From positions 1 through 59,135 of IMG/VR virus record IMGVR_UViG_3300020055_000021: DNA of 59,135 nt; one strand, written 5' to 3'. Positions 28,767 through 37,359 of this stretch are shown here, one piece after another; the first letter of the stretch is position 1, and the number at the start of each line of letters is the position of its first letter. Origin of the DNA: a virus. Taxonomy: Duplodnaviria; Caudoviricetes. The notes below the pieces were generated by a model. It was not told the DNA's origin, ran no database searches, and worked only from the letters and a program-made list of their open reading frames with translations. The translations under genes and the position numbers were made by a program.

Positions 28767-29888
28767 TTAGAATGTCGTAGTTACTGTTGCAAATACCCAA
28801 GTATTTTCAGAGACGCAAAGGTATAGGTTAGTACCATCAAGAATAATTTCTCCTGGTCTTCCTGTATCTGAAGAAGATGCGGGAGCAGTACCAACTCTAA
28901 TGTATCCTACAGCACCAGTTACTCCGTCTTCATCAGTAATATTCCAAGAGCTATTATTACCAGCACCAGTAGAAGAATCATAGAATAAATCTGATACTGT
29001 ACCAGGATCTTGGACGAACGCTCTGATTGTAGAGTTCTGTCTTGTGATACCAACTCCATCTCTTAACTGTAGAATTGCAGCGGAAGACCCACCAATTGTA
29101 CTGTTACCTGTTGATCTAAGAGTTGGTGCGGTAAAGTTTAATGTTGTTTGTAAATCTGTAGCACTCTCAGTTAGTGATGTATTTACTAATTGATTGTTAG
29201 TATTGTCCCACTTGAGAATAGTTTCGTCAGTAAAAGTTGCTGAATTTTTTAGTAGGAATGATGTACCTGATGTACTCAGACCACCATCTCCAGAGACTGA
29301 GTAAGTTGTATTTGTATCTACAAATGTGGAGGTGATAGTAATAGTTTTTGATGGACTATCATATCCAAGAGTTAAATCTCCTGCTACTTGTAGTCTTACA
29401 GATGTATCTCCATTAGGTGTTGGGTTTGATACGGGATTGTTCTGTAGATTATAAACATCCAGTTGTAAATCTACAGCGTTTCCACCAGCACCAGCACCAG
29501 TAATTTCATATCTTGAGTCGGTATCAATAGCAGGAACAGTGTCACCTAAGAATACCGTTTGAGTTCCAAACACAATAAAATCATTTACTAGTGATGTGTT
29601 TGGTATGTCTACGAGTGTGTTTAGTGACCCACTGATAGTTTTATTTGTTAGTGTTTGAGTCTCAGTTTCTCTTACAACACCAGCAAATCCACCTAGACTA
29701 CCAACAAAACTGTCTCCAGAAATCCATTCTAATTCTGTGCCATTATATTGAATGATATCATTTAGTGAAGACGGTAATCCATTGGATAATTCTAGATTAC
29801 TCTGTGATAAATTGAGATCATCTACACCTTTCAACTCTTCAATCCTAGGGATTGCTGTGTTAACAACTAATGGATAGCGACTTGCCAT
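28767..29888 (-). CDS. tail fibre-like virion protein
   Basis: TQTLTNKTI repeat; C-terminal PASSSDTGRPGEI...LYLCV...W motif; reverse ATAAATA upstream. Confidence 0.7.
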   Translation of the reverse strand: MASRYPLVVNTAIPRIEELKGVDDLNLSQSNLELSNGLPSSLNDIIQYNGTELEWISGDSFVGSLGGFAGVVRETETQTLTNKTISGSLNTLVDIPNTSLVNDFIVFGTQTVFLGDTVPAIDTDSRYEITGAGAGGNAVDLQLDVYNLQNNPVSNPTPNGDTSVRLQVAGDLTLGYDSPSKTITITSTFVDTNTTYSVSGDGGLSTSGTSFLLKNSATFTDETILKWDNTNNQLVNTSLTESATDLQTTLNFTAPTLRSTGNSTIGGSSAAILQLRDGVGITRQNSTIRAFVQDPGTVSDLFYDSSTGAGNNSSWNITDEDGVTGAVGYIRVGTAPASSSDTGRPGEIILDGTNLYLCVSENTWVFATVTTTF

Positions 29889-29930
29889 TATGATACCTAT
29901 TGTTCCTGATAAAACTATTTATTTATCTGG

Positions 29931-30080
29931 TGTGCCGGTCAGACAGGTGTCCCTGACCCCTTGCGCTGCCCTGCGAAATCGTGTATCTTATATGAGTGGT
30001 CGGGAGTCCACCCCAAAGATGAGTACAAATACTCAAATATTGGGGCTTGACAGGAAACCCGTACCATGTTATGCTAAATA
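29931..30080 (+). promoter_or_regulatory. stacked psbA promoters (box-type, consensus sigma70, late)
   Basis: TTGCGC-17-TATCTT (29961); TTGACA-17-TATGCT (30047); CTAAATA (30074). Confidence 0.7.
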
Positions 30081-30120
30081 CATCAAACGGTTAAGAAACG
30101 TAAAGTTTCTTAATGCTTTT

Positions 30121-30240
30121 GTTACAACCTGCCGCTTGACCGGGACTAGGCAGTTCAATCCGTCCCTCATATCCCAAGGCGAGGGGTCTTGGGAAATAGT
30201 AACTCCACCATGTCCCTGATGGTCTTACTTTTTTGCTTAA
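30121..30240 (+). ncRNA. structured psbA leader, probably the PhotoRC-II RNA motif
   Basis: stems CTGCC/GGCAG, TCCCAAG/CTTGGGA, ACCAT/ATGGT and a possible GGGAC/GTCCC pseudoknot directly 5' of phage psbA. Confidence 0.7.
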
Positions 30241-30244
30241 TAAA

Positions 30245-31324
30245 ATGACTACTCTTTCACGTCAAAAATCACAATCGAATACTTGGGAACAGTTTTGTAG
30301 TTGGGTCACTAGCACCAACAACCGTCTTTATGTTGGTTGGTTTGGGGTCTTGATGATTCCTTGCTTGCTCGCCGCTACAACCTGCTTCATCGTTGCTTTC
30401 ATCGCTGCTCCCCCTGTGGACATCGATGGTATCCGTGAACCAGTCGCTGGTTCTCTACTCTATGGAAACAACATCATCTCAGGCGCAGTCGTACCATCGT
30501 CTAACGCCATCGGTCTACACTTCTATCCCATCTGGGAAGCAGCATCACTGGATGAATGGCTCTACAACGGAGGTCCTTTCCAGTTGGTCATCTTCCACTT
30601 CCTCATCGGTATCTATGCTTACATGGGACGCGAATGGGAACTTTCTTATCGTCTAGGTATGCGTCCTTGGATCATGGTTGCTTACTCTGCACCTGTTGCA
30701 GCAGCATCCGCTGTGTTCCTGGTCTATCCTTTCGGTCAAGGTTCTTTCTCTGACGCAATGCCTCTTGGCATCTCCGGTACGTTCAACTACATGCTTGTCT
30801 TCCAAGCAGAGCACAACATTCTGATGCACCCCTTCCACATGCTTGGAGTTGCTGGTGTCTTTGGTGGTTCACTTTTCTCTGCTATGCATGGTTCACTGGT
30901 TACTTCCTCCTTGGTTCGTGAAACCACTGAGTCTGAGTCCCAAAACTATGGTTACAAGTTTGGTCAAGAAGAAGAGACCTACAACATCGTTGCTGCTCAT
31001 GGATATTTTGGTCGTCTGATCTTCCAATACGCATCCTTCAACAACTCTCGTTCACTTCACTTCTTCCTGGCAGCATGGCCTGTCGTTGGTATCTGGTTCA
31101 CTGCACTTGGTGTTAGCACCATGGCATTCAACCTCAACGGTTTCAACTTCAACCAGTCCATCATGGATGGTCAAGGTAAAGTCCTGAACACCTGGGCAGA
31201 TGTCCTCAACCGCGCTGGTCTTGGCATGGAAGTAATGCACGAGCGTAATGCTCACAACTTCCCTCTCGACCTTGCTGCTGCTGAGTCCACTCCTGTGGCA
31301 CTCACCGCTCCTAGCATCGGTTGA
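30245..31324 (+). CDS. psbA: photosystem II D1 protein
   Basis: full D1 sequence (NRLYVGWFG...HNFPLDLA); no intron. Confidence 0.99.
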   Translation: MTTLSRQKSQSNTWEQFCSWVTSTNNRLYVGWFGVLMIPCLLAATTCFIVAFIAAPPVDIDGIREPVAGSLLYGNNIISGAVVPSSNAIGLHFYPIWEAASLDEWLYNGGPFQLVIFHFLIGIYAYMGREWELSYRLGMRPWIMVAYSAPVAAASAVFLVYPFGQGSFSDAMPLGISGTFNYMLVFQAEHNILMHPFHMLGVAGVFGGSLFSAMHGSLVTSSLVRETTESESQNYGYKFGQEEETYNIVAAHGYFGRLIFQYASFNNSRSLHFFLAAWPVVGIWFTALGVSTMAFNLNGFNFNQSIMDGQGKVLNTWADVLNRAGLGMEVMHERNAHNFPLDLAAAESTPVALTAPSIG

Positions 31325-31326
31325 TT

Positions 31327-31395
31327 CAAAATTGAATAGTTAAATTAAAGATCCTGGAAAAAATTTTTCCAGGATTTTTTTATCCAAAAAGTCGA
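31327..31395 (+). repeat. 69-bp palindromic A-tract element, copy 1 (may double as terminator)
   Basis: gapless match to 39707-39775 and 43319-43387. Confidence 0.8.
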
Positions 31396-31535
31396 TGATG
31401 GATAAAGATACCCCAGATAAATTGAGAGAGATTATCATGGACACATGGCCTCAATTATACTGGTTAAAAAATTCAAAGGATAATAAAAATGGTCGCAAGC
31501 ACACTAACACAAACAAAGACAAGGGGGTGGTTTGA
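31395..31535 (+). CDS. small hypothetical protein between psbA and psbD ([22 protein letters not shown]...)
   Basis: 46 codons translated by hand; overlaps the psbD start. Confidence 0.45.
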   Translation: MMDKDTPDKLREIIMDTWPQLYWLKNSKDNKNGRKHTNTNKDKGVV

Positions 31536-32547
31536 TGTACTCGATGACTGGCTTAAGCGTGATAGGTTCGTTTTTGTTGGTTGGTCAGGTCTTCTTCTGT
31601 TCCCTACTGCTTACATGGCACTGGGCGGTTGGCTCACAGGTACAACGTTCGTTACCTCCTGGTACACACATGGGTTGGCCTCGTCGTATCTGGAGGGGGC
31701 TAATTTCCTTACTGCTGCTGTATCAACTCCTGCTGACGCTCTCGGACATTCCCTACTTCTACTCTGGGGTCCTGAAGCTCAGGGAGACATCATCCGTTGG
31801 TTCCAACTTGGGGGACTCTGGAATTTTGTGGCGCTCCACGGTGCCTTCGCTCTCATAGGATTTATGCTTCGGCAGTTTGAAATTGCTCGTCTCGTAGGGA
31901 TTAGACCGTACAATGCTATCGCCTTTTCTGGTCCGATTGCTGTCTTTGTGTCTGTTTTTCTCATGTATCCTCTCGGACAGTCCAGTTGGTTCTTTGCGCC
32001 GTCGTTTGGCGTTGCAGCGATTTTCCGCTTCCTATTATTCCTACAGGGCTTCCACAACTGGACGCTCAACCCGTTCCATATGATGGGTGTAGCAGGTATC
32101 CTGGGTGGTGCTCTTCTCTGTGCTATTCATGGTGCTACTGTAGAAAATACTTTGTTCGAAGATGGTGAACAATCAAATACTTTCAAGGCATTCGAGCCTA
32201 CTCAAGAAGAAGAAACTTATTCAATGGTTACGGCTAATCGTTTTTGGTCACAAATTTTCGGTATTGCGTTTAGCAATAAGCGTTGGTTGCATTTTTTCAT
32301 GCTGTTTGTTCCTGTTATGGGTCTCTGGACATCTTCAATCGGGATCATCGGTCTTGCACTCAACCTTCGTGCATATGATTTTGTGAGTCAGGAGATTCGT
32401 GCTGCTGAAGACCCGGAATTTGAGACCTTCTATACAAAAAATATCTTGCTCAACGAAGGACTTCGTGCTTGGATGGCACCAGTTGACCAACCACATGAGA
32501 ACTTCGTGTTCCCAGAAGAAGTTCTTCCTAGAGGCAACGCACTCTAA
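31489..32547 (+). CDS. psbD: photosystem II D2 protein
   Basis: full D2 sequence ([14 protein letters not shown]...[10 protein letters not shown]). Confidence 0.99.
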   Translation: MVASTLTQTKTRGWFDVLDDWLKRDRFVFVGWSGLLLFPTAYMALGGWLTGTTFVTSWYTHGLASSYLEGANFLTAAVSTPADALGHSLLLLWGPEAQGDIIRWFQLGGLWNFVALHGAFALIGFMLRQFEIARLVGIRPYNAIAFSGPIAVFVSVFLMYPLGQSSWFFAPSFGVAAIFRFLLFLQGFHNWTLNPFHMMGVAGILGGALLCAIHGATVENTLFEDGEQSNTFKAFEPTQEEETYSMVTANRFWSQIFGIAFSNKRWLHFFMLFVPVMGLWTSSIGIIGLALNLRAYDFVSQEIRAAEDPEFETFYTKNILLNEGLRAWMAPVDQPHENFVFPEEVLPRGNAL

Positions 32548-32560
32548 ACCACTTCCACAA

Positions 32561-32604
32561 CCGTCACACCACTCCTTTACAGGGGTGGTTTTTTATTGTA
32601 TAAT
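32561..32604 (+). promoter_or_regulatory. box-type promoter overlapping the psbD terminator hairpin
   Basis: CCGTCACA, TTTACA-17-TATAAT; ACCACTCCT/AGGGGTGGT plus T-run. Confidence 0.65.
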
Positions 32605-32628
32605 ACATATTATAGTCATTAAACTACT

Positions 32629-32877
32629 ATGGAAATAGAACTCTATTCGACACCGGGATGTAAATGGTGTGAAAAATCACATAAACTTTTTGATTTAGCT
32701 GAGGTAGAATACAAAGAGTATGTGGTAGGAACAGATATTTCTGCAGAAGATGTCAAGATTAAGTATCCTTTTTCTTCCGGTTATCCAATCATTGTTATCG
32801 ATGGTAAAAATGTTGGTGGATTGGTTGGAGCAGCAAAAGAATTTGTCAAACGTGGTATTATTTCGTCACCAAAATGA
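32629..32877 (+). CDS. glutaredoxin
   Basis: LYSTPGCKWC, YPIIVIDG, GG. Confidence 0.9.
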   Translation: MEIELYSTPGCKWCEKSHKLFDLAEVEYKEYVVGTDISAEDVKIKYPFSSGYPIIVIDGKNVGGLVGAAKEFVKRGIISSPK

Positions 32878-33032
32878 GTGAGAATTTACAGATAAATAAA
32901 GGCGTGGAGCTGATGCTCAGGAGAGGACAGAAGAGACCAAAAACAAGTGGTCTAAAGGTTAAAAACACATTCACCCTCCTGAGAAAAATCTTTTCGTTTC
33001 GACTAGAGTTTACTTGGGAGGACAACAAGTAA
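32874..33032 (+). CDS. small basic hypothetical protein (MSENLQINKGVELMLRR..., 52 aa)
   Basis: translated by hand; ATGA coupling; fills the gap between neighbours. Confidence 0.65.
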   Translation: MSENLQINKGVELMLRRGQKRPKTSGLKVKNTFTLLRKIFSFRLEFTWEDNK

Positions 33033-33046
33033 TCTAGGAGTAAGAA

Positions 33047-33286
33047 ATGGACGCATCTTTAACGGTAGTATTGACATCGTTTATGATCCTTGGATCACTC
33101 GCACTCGGCACAACTATTGGTTGGATTGCCAACGATGTTTTCGGAATCTATCTACAAGCGCAGCAGCCACAGGTCCAGATGCATCCTGAGATGTATGATG
33201 ATGACGGCATAGTCATCAACGAAGAGTTGTATTCAGTTCGTTTCGTTGCTGATGATGGTTACGATGACGATGACTACGACGACTAA
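33047..33286 (+). CDS. membrane-anchored acidic hypothetical protein
   Basis: AGGAG RBS, N-terminal TM helix, HPEMYD motif. Confidence 0.8.
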   Translation: MDASLTVVLTSFMILGSLALGTTIGWIANDVFGIYLQAQQPQVQMHPEMYDDDGIVINEELYSVRFVADDGYDDDDYDD

Positions 33287-33310
33287 ATATCAATATTCAT
33301 ATTTACTGAC

Positions 33311-33745
33311 ATGAAATTATTAATGCATGAGGTGTTACAAAAAGTTAGTAACGCCAAAACAAAAGCGCAAAAGATTAAACTTCTACAAGAGTATAATACT
33401 CCAGCACTTAGACAAATTCTAATTGCAAATTTTGATGAAAGTATTATATCAGAACTTCCAGAAGGTGATGTTCCGTTTAATAAAAACGATGCGCCTGAAG
33501 ACACTGAACATACAAAGTTAGTTCATGAATATAAAAAACTATATCTATTCTTTAAGGGAGGAGCTCCACAACTAAAACAATCTCGTCGTGAAACCCTCTT
33601 CATTCAACTGCTAGAGGGTCTTCATGCTGGTGAAGCAGAGGTTCTGTGCTTAATGAAAGACAAACAAATTGGTAAACGGTGGAAGATTACTCAGCAATGT
33701 GTTGCTGAAGCATTTCCACAAATCAAATGGGGGACTCGTTCTTGA
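33311..33745 (+). CDS. conserved T4-like phage hypothetical protein
   Basis: 144 aa, RRETLFIQLLEGLH; late promoter CTAAATA at 33283. Confidence 0.8.
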   Translation: MKLLMHEVLQKVSNAKTKAQKIKLLQEYNTPALRQILIANFDESIISELPEGDVPFNKNDAPEDTEHTKLVHEYKKLYLFFKGGAPQLKQSRRETLFIQLLEGLHAGEAEVLCLMKDKQIGKRWKITQQCVAEAFPQIKWGTRS

Positions 33746-34050
33746 CATTTAATTCTGAACAAATCAAACGACTTGAGAACTATATGATTAAGATTATAGT
33801 TCAGAACACAACGCCAGAGGCAGCAAAGGACACGTCTCTACCCCGTGACAGTTACCTATTGAGGCTTGACACCGGGGAGGAGCAGTGGTATGATATAGTT
33901 CGTGGGTTGAAAGGAAACATCTTTGATGCCTACTACGATACCTTCGGGCATTGTATTCAATCAATGGAGTGGACTGAAGGCAAGATACCCGCTAAATTGT
34001 GGAGTAACATGCAAGATGCCCCACCGGAGGCCAAGAAAAAAACTAAATAA
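33727..34050 (+). CDS. hypothetical protein (start uncertain)
   Basis: ORF track; operon context. Confidence 0.7.
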   Translation: MGDSFLTFNSEQIKRLENYMIKIIVQNTTPEAAKDTSLPRDSYLLRLDTGEEQWYDIVRGLKGNIFDAYYDTFGHCIQSMEWTEGKIPAKLWSNMQDAPPEAKKKTK

Positions 34051-34054
34051 TTAT

Positions 34055-34293
34055 ATCGTTCATCCAAAGGGACTTTATATCCCTGTGGACGCAAGTAAGT
34101 CGCGGAACGGAGCGTTCATCCCATGTTAGAATTACTTCTATCAACTACACTCACTTGTCAACAATCTGATGCTATCATGCTGAAGATTAAGTTGAATGAG
34201 ACTCTACCTGAATACATTCGGATAGAGTTAGTAGAAACTGTAAAGGATTATACTAAAGAGTGTGAGTGGGACGCAAACGACTGAAGGAACGGG
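34055..34293 (+). ncRNA. tandem/interlocked glutamine riboswitch-like RNA (glnA / Downstream-peptide family)
   Basis: two CGTTCA...GACGCAA...GGAACG units; AGTA/GAA E-loop halves; AGTCG/CGACT stem; upstream of a YRG peptide. Confidence 0.75.
34123..34284 (+). CDS. 53-aa peptide encoded inside the riboswitch (MLELLLSTTLTCQQSDAIM...ECEWDAND)
   Basis: uninterrupted frame; GGAG 10 nt upstream of ATG. Confidence 0.6.
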   Translation: MLELLLSTTLTCQQSDAIMLKIKLNETLPEYIRIELVETVKDYTKECEWDAND

Positions 34294-34327
34294 GAATAAA
34301 CCACCCTAGTATTTCAGGAGACTAACA

Positions 34328-34492
34328 ATGAACACACTTAACATGATCCGTAATCAGATTCAAAAAGCATCTGCATTACATGACGCACAGATTGCTATGA
34401 CATCCTATCGTGGTGTCAAGTACGAGTGCAAGCAAGGTGCAGAAGAAATTCACGGCACCTTCTGCTATCGCGGTCATACTTACAACAAATGA
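34328..34492 (+). CDS. DUF4278-like peptide (54 aa; not in ORF track)
   Basis: AGGAG RBS; two YRG motifs (SYRGVKY, CYRGHTY). Confidence 0.8.
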   Translation: MNTLNMIRNQIQKASALHDAQIAMTSYRGVKYECKQGAEEIHGTFCYRGHTYNK

Positions 34493-34515
34493 TATATTTG
34501 TTATAATATAGAACT

Positions 34516-34540
34516 AGAGGGGATACTCCCCTCTTTTTTT
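34516..34540 (+). terminator. intrinsic terminator
   Basis: AGAGGGGA-TAC-TCCCCTCT followed by T6. Confidence 0.85.
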
Positions 34541-34572
34541 GTATAGATATAGTATTGTTGCGATAGATAATA

Positions 34573-34716
34573 GTGGATAGAAGAAACTTAAAAGAGATAT
34601 TACATAGACTTAAAGAAGTCATTGAAGAACTAGAGGTAGAGATTTATTCTGACACGGATGCTTATCAACCATCTGGTTCCTATATTGGGGATGATGACGA
34701 CGGATACCCTGATTGA
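34573..34716 (+). CDS. small acidic hypothetical protein (47 aa, ...LEVEIYSDTDAY...DDDDGYPD)
   Basis: GTG start; translated by hand. Confidence 0.6.
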   Translation: MDRRNLKEILHRLKEVIEELEVEIYSDTDAYQPSGSYIGDDDDGYPD

Positions 34717-34741
34717 CAAACAGCACACATCGTGCTAAACT
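34713..34741 (+). promoter_or_regulatory. sigma70-like promoter of the thyX-phoH operon
   Basis: TTGACA-17-TAAACT with TG extension. Confidence 0.7.
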
Positions 34742-34765
34742 ATGAACACATTGATTTGAAAACAC

Positions 34766-35047
34766 ATGACTCATGTAGTAGACTTCAAAGGATACATTAA
34801 ACAAATTAAAAAAGCATTGAAACAAGAACATCTTTATAATGATGAAGAGTTACGCAAATTGAAGTCCGACCTTCGCAATCTCGAAAAAACAAATAAACTA
34901 ATACGAGACAGGCAGAACAATGGTTTCGGTCAGTATCTCAACCTGCCTGATCCAGTTAAGATAGAGTCCACTATCGCTTCCCAACCTGAGGAAGATGTGG
35001 TAGAATCTGTTGATGTTGAAGTTGTGGAGGATACCAATGAAGTGTGA
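34766..35047 (+). CDS. hypothetical protein
   Basis: 93-aa ORF after the promoter. Confidence 0.75.
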   Translation: MTHVVDFKGYIKQIKKALKQEHLYNDEELRKLKSDLRNLEKTNKLIRDRQNNGFGQYLNLPDPVKIESTIASQPEEDVVESVDVEVVEDTNEV

Positions 35048-35702
35048 AGTGATTGCTGTTAGTCAAGGTTATGGCAAACTAGAAGGTAAGAGTGGGCAGG
35101 AGATTATCTCTTACACTGCCAGGGTATCTAACCCAGGCAACCAGATGAACTTTGATACTGCTGCTGGTCTGCTCCGGTATTGTATTCGAGAGAAGCACTG
35201 GAGCATCTTCGAGCAAGCAGACATGACGATTGAGATTAACACTACCCGTGCTATTGCTCAGCAAATCCTGCGTCATCGTTCGTTCTGCTATCAAGAATTT
35301 TCACAACGGTATGCTACCACTGATGTTCTTGGTGAGATTAAACTGCCTGAACTTCGTAGGCAGGACACAAAGAATAGACAGAACTCTACTGATGATCTAG
35401 ATGAGTTTGAGAAGCAGTCTTTGGAACTACAGATGCAAACTCTGTTTGATTCTTCTCAGGCATTGTATGAGCAGATGATTGGACGAGGTGTGGCAAAGGA
35501 GTGTGCCCGCAATGTGCTCCCCCTTTGTGTACCAACCCGTATGTATATGAAAGGTAACTGTCGTTCGTGGGTGCATTACATTGACCTTCGTGGTGGCAAT
35601 GGCACACAGAAAGAACACGCTTTGATTGCTCAAGAAGCAAAGAAACTATTCATTGAAGTGTTCCCTGACGTAGCAGAAGCAATGGAATGGAACAATGACT
35701 AG
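35037..35702 (+). CDS. thyX: flavin-dependent thymidylate synthase
   Basis: HWSIFE and RHRSFCYQEFSQRY ThyX motif; GGAGG RBS. Confidence 0.96.
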   Translation: MKCEVIAVSQGYGKLEGKSGQEIISYTARVSNPGNQMNFDTAAGLLRYCIREKHWSIFEQADMTIEINTTRAIAQQILRHRSFCYQEFSQRYATTDVLGEIKLPELRRQDTKNRQNSTDDLDEFEKQSLELQMQTLFDSSQALYEQMIGRGVAKECARNVLPLCVPTRMYMKGNCRSWVHYIDLRGGNGTQKEHALIAQEAKKLFIEVFPDVAEAMEWNND

Positions 35703-36306
35703 TACATCCTATATTTTTCCATGTGATTTTGTATATTGTCATACAGTTGACAACCATGAAGAGATAAAAGAAAAGTATTTACATCATTTCAAATGGGATG
35801 CTGAGTCTTATGGTTCTTTGTATAGAAAAAAATCTAAATGGAATTGTGAAGTAACTAGTAGTTACTTCAGAGATGGTGCAAATCCACTTCCATTTTTGGA
35901 TTCATACTTTTATGACTCTGTTGTATGGGCTCCGGTCGATTCTATGTTAAAAGAGATGGGTGAAAAAATTAACTTGCCAACTCCAAAACAATCCACAATT
36001 AATCAACTGTGGTATAATGAATACTATCCAGGAAATTGGCAAGAGATACATAATCATATCAATACTAATGCACGACAACAATTTTCCGGGATATATATTC
36101 TAGATTTAAATGAAGACAAAAATAAAACCGGGTTCTATTCAACATCAAACAGGGCTGCCTGGGGAGAAAATCCATTCGTTATGCATTTTCCAGATGTAAA
36201 AGAAGGGACGGTATTAATATTTCCAGTAGAACTAAATCATTTCGTTAATCCATGTGATAATAGACGAACTACAATTTCATTTAATATATCATCTGAATAT
36301 GAATAA
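35695..36306 (+). CDS. 2OG-Fe(II) oxygenase-like protein
   Basis: WYNEY...QEIHNH, FSGIY, LIFP..L.H.V, RTTISFN. Confidence 0.85.
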   Translation: MTSTSYIFPCDFVYCHTVDNHEEIKEKYLHHFKWDAESYGSLYRKKSKWNCEVTSSYFRDGANPLPFLDSYFYDSVVWAPVDSMLKEMGEKINLPTPKQSTINQLWYNEYYPGNWQEIHNHINTNARQQFSGIYILDLNEDKNKTGFYSTSNRAAWGENPFVMHFPDVKEGTVLIFPVELNHFVNPCDNRRTTISFNISSEYE

Positions 36307-36323
36307 CAAAAAGGAGCAAGAAG

Positions 36324-36599
36324 ATGGCGACGTACCCAGTAGTTAATAAAGTTACGGGCGAACAAAAAGAAGTAAGCATGAGCGTTCATGATTGGGATCA
36401 GTGGAAAACTGACAATCCAGACTGGGATCGTGATTGGTCTGACCCATCCACTGCACCAATGTCATCAGAAATGGTGGGTGATTGGAGGGATAGAATGTCT
36501 AAGTCTCATCCAGGTTGGACTGACCTCATGAAACACAAAGTTAATCCTCAAGCAAAAGCAATCGGGAACGTTTCTATAACCAACAAATACAACTACTAA
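36324..36599 (+). CDS. conserved cyanophage hypothetical protein
   Basis: AGGAG RBS; MATYPV...WDQW; lies just before phoH. Confidence 0.8.
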   Translation: MATYPVVNKVTGEQKEVSMSVHDWDQWKTDNPDWDRDWSDPSTAPMSSEMVGDWRDRMSKSHPGWTDLMKHKVNPQAKAIGNVSITNKYNY

Positions 36600-36600
36600 T

Positions 36601-37359
36601 ATGCCAAGATCTAGAAAGTCGCGCAGCGCACAACAACCAACGAAACCCAGTCGCAAGATGGTGAAGCGTAATAAAGGACGCAATACAGAACATCTTGAGG
36701 CAATCATGCCAATGACACCAGCACAGGAGAGATTCTTTGGTGCATATGAAAGTGGCAAATGCATCTTTGCTTATGGTTGTGCTGGTACAGGTAAATCATT
36801 CCTCGCTCTCTATCTAGCACTCAAAGAAGTGTTTGATGAATACTCTGCTTACGAGAAAGTTTATATCGTTCGCTCACTTGTTCCTAGTAGAGAGATTGGT
36901 TTCCTACCTGGCACCCACGATGATAAGGCAGAGCTCTATGAAATCCCTTACAAAAATATGGTGAGGAATATGTTTGATCTCTCAACTGACAGAGAGTATC
37001 AGACATTGTATGATGACCTCAAAGCACAGGAAACTATTTCATTCTGGAGCACCAGTTTCATTCGCGGCACGACACTAGACAATGCTATAGTTATTGTGGA
37101 TGAATCACAGAACTTGAACTTCCACGAACTTGATAGTATTATCACTCGCGTGGGTCAAGACACAAAGATTATCTTTGCTGGTGATGTTATGCAGTCTGAC
37201 CTCATTAAAGACAAGGAAAAGAATGGTATCCTCAGGTTCCAACAAATCCTTGACAACATGGAAGAGTTTGAACTGGTTGAGTTTGGTGTCGAAGACATCG
37301 TTCGTTCTGATCTAGTGAAGTCTTACATCCTTAATAAAATGTCCCTTGGAATTACCTAA
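36601..37359 (+). CDS. phoH: PhoH-family ATPase
   Basis: GCAGTGKS, IGFLPG, RGTT, VDESQN, GD..QSD. Confidence 0.96.
   Translation: MPRSRKSRSAQQPTKPSRKMVKRNKGRNTEHLEAIMPMTPAQERFFGAYESGKCIFAYGCAGTGKSFLALYLALKEVFDEYSAYEKVYIVRSLVPSREIGFLPGTHDDKAELYEIPYKNMVRNMFDLSTDREYQTLYDDLKAQETISFWSTSFIRGTTLDNAIVIVDESQNLNFHELDSIITRVGQDTKIIFAGDVMQSDLIKDKEKNGILRFQQILDNMEEFELVEFGVEDIVRSDLVKSYILNKMSLGIT

Noticed and set aside
29890-30219. 109-aa ORF upstream of psbA
   Set aside because: Spans promoters and the structured leader; no RBS or protein-like features
30245-32547. Group I intron or homing endonuclease in psbA/psbD
   Set aside because: Both genes are continuous and full length; the intergenic gap is too short for an endonuclease
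33923-34129. 68-aa ORF crossing riboswitch unit 1
   Set aside because: Out-of-frame overlap with a better ORF, non-ATG start, no RBS
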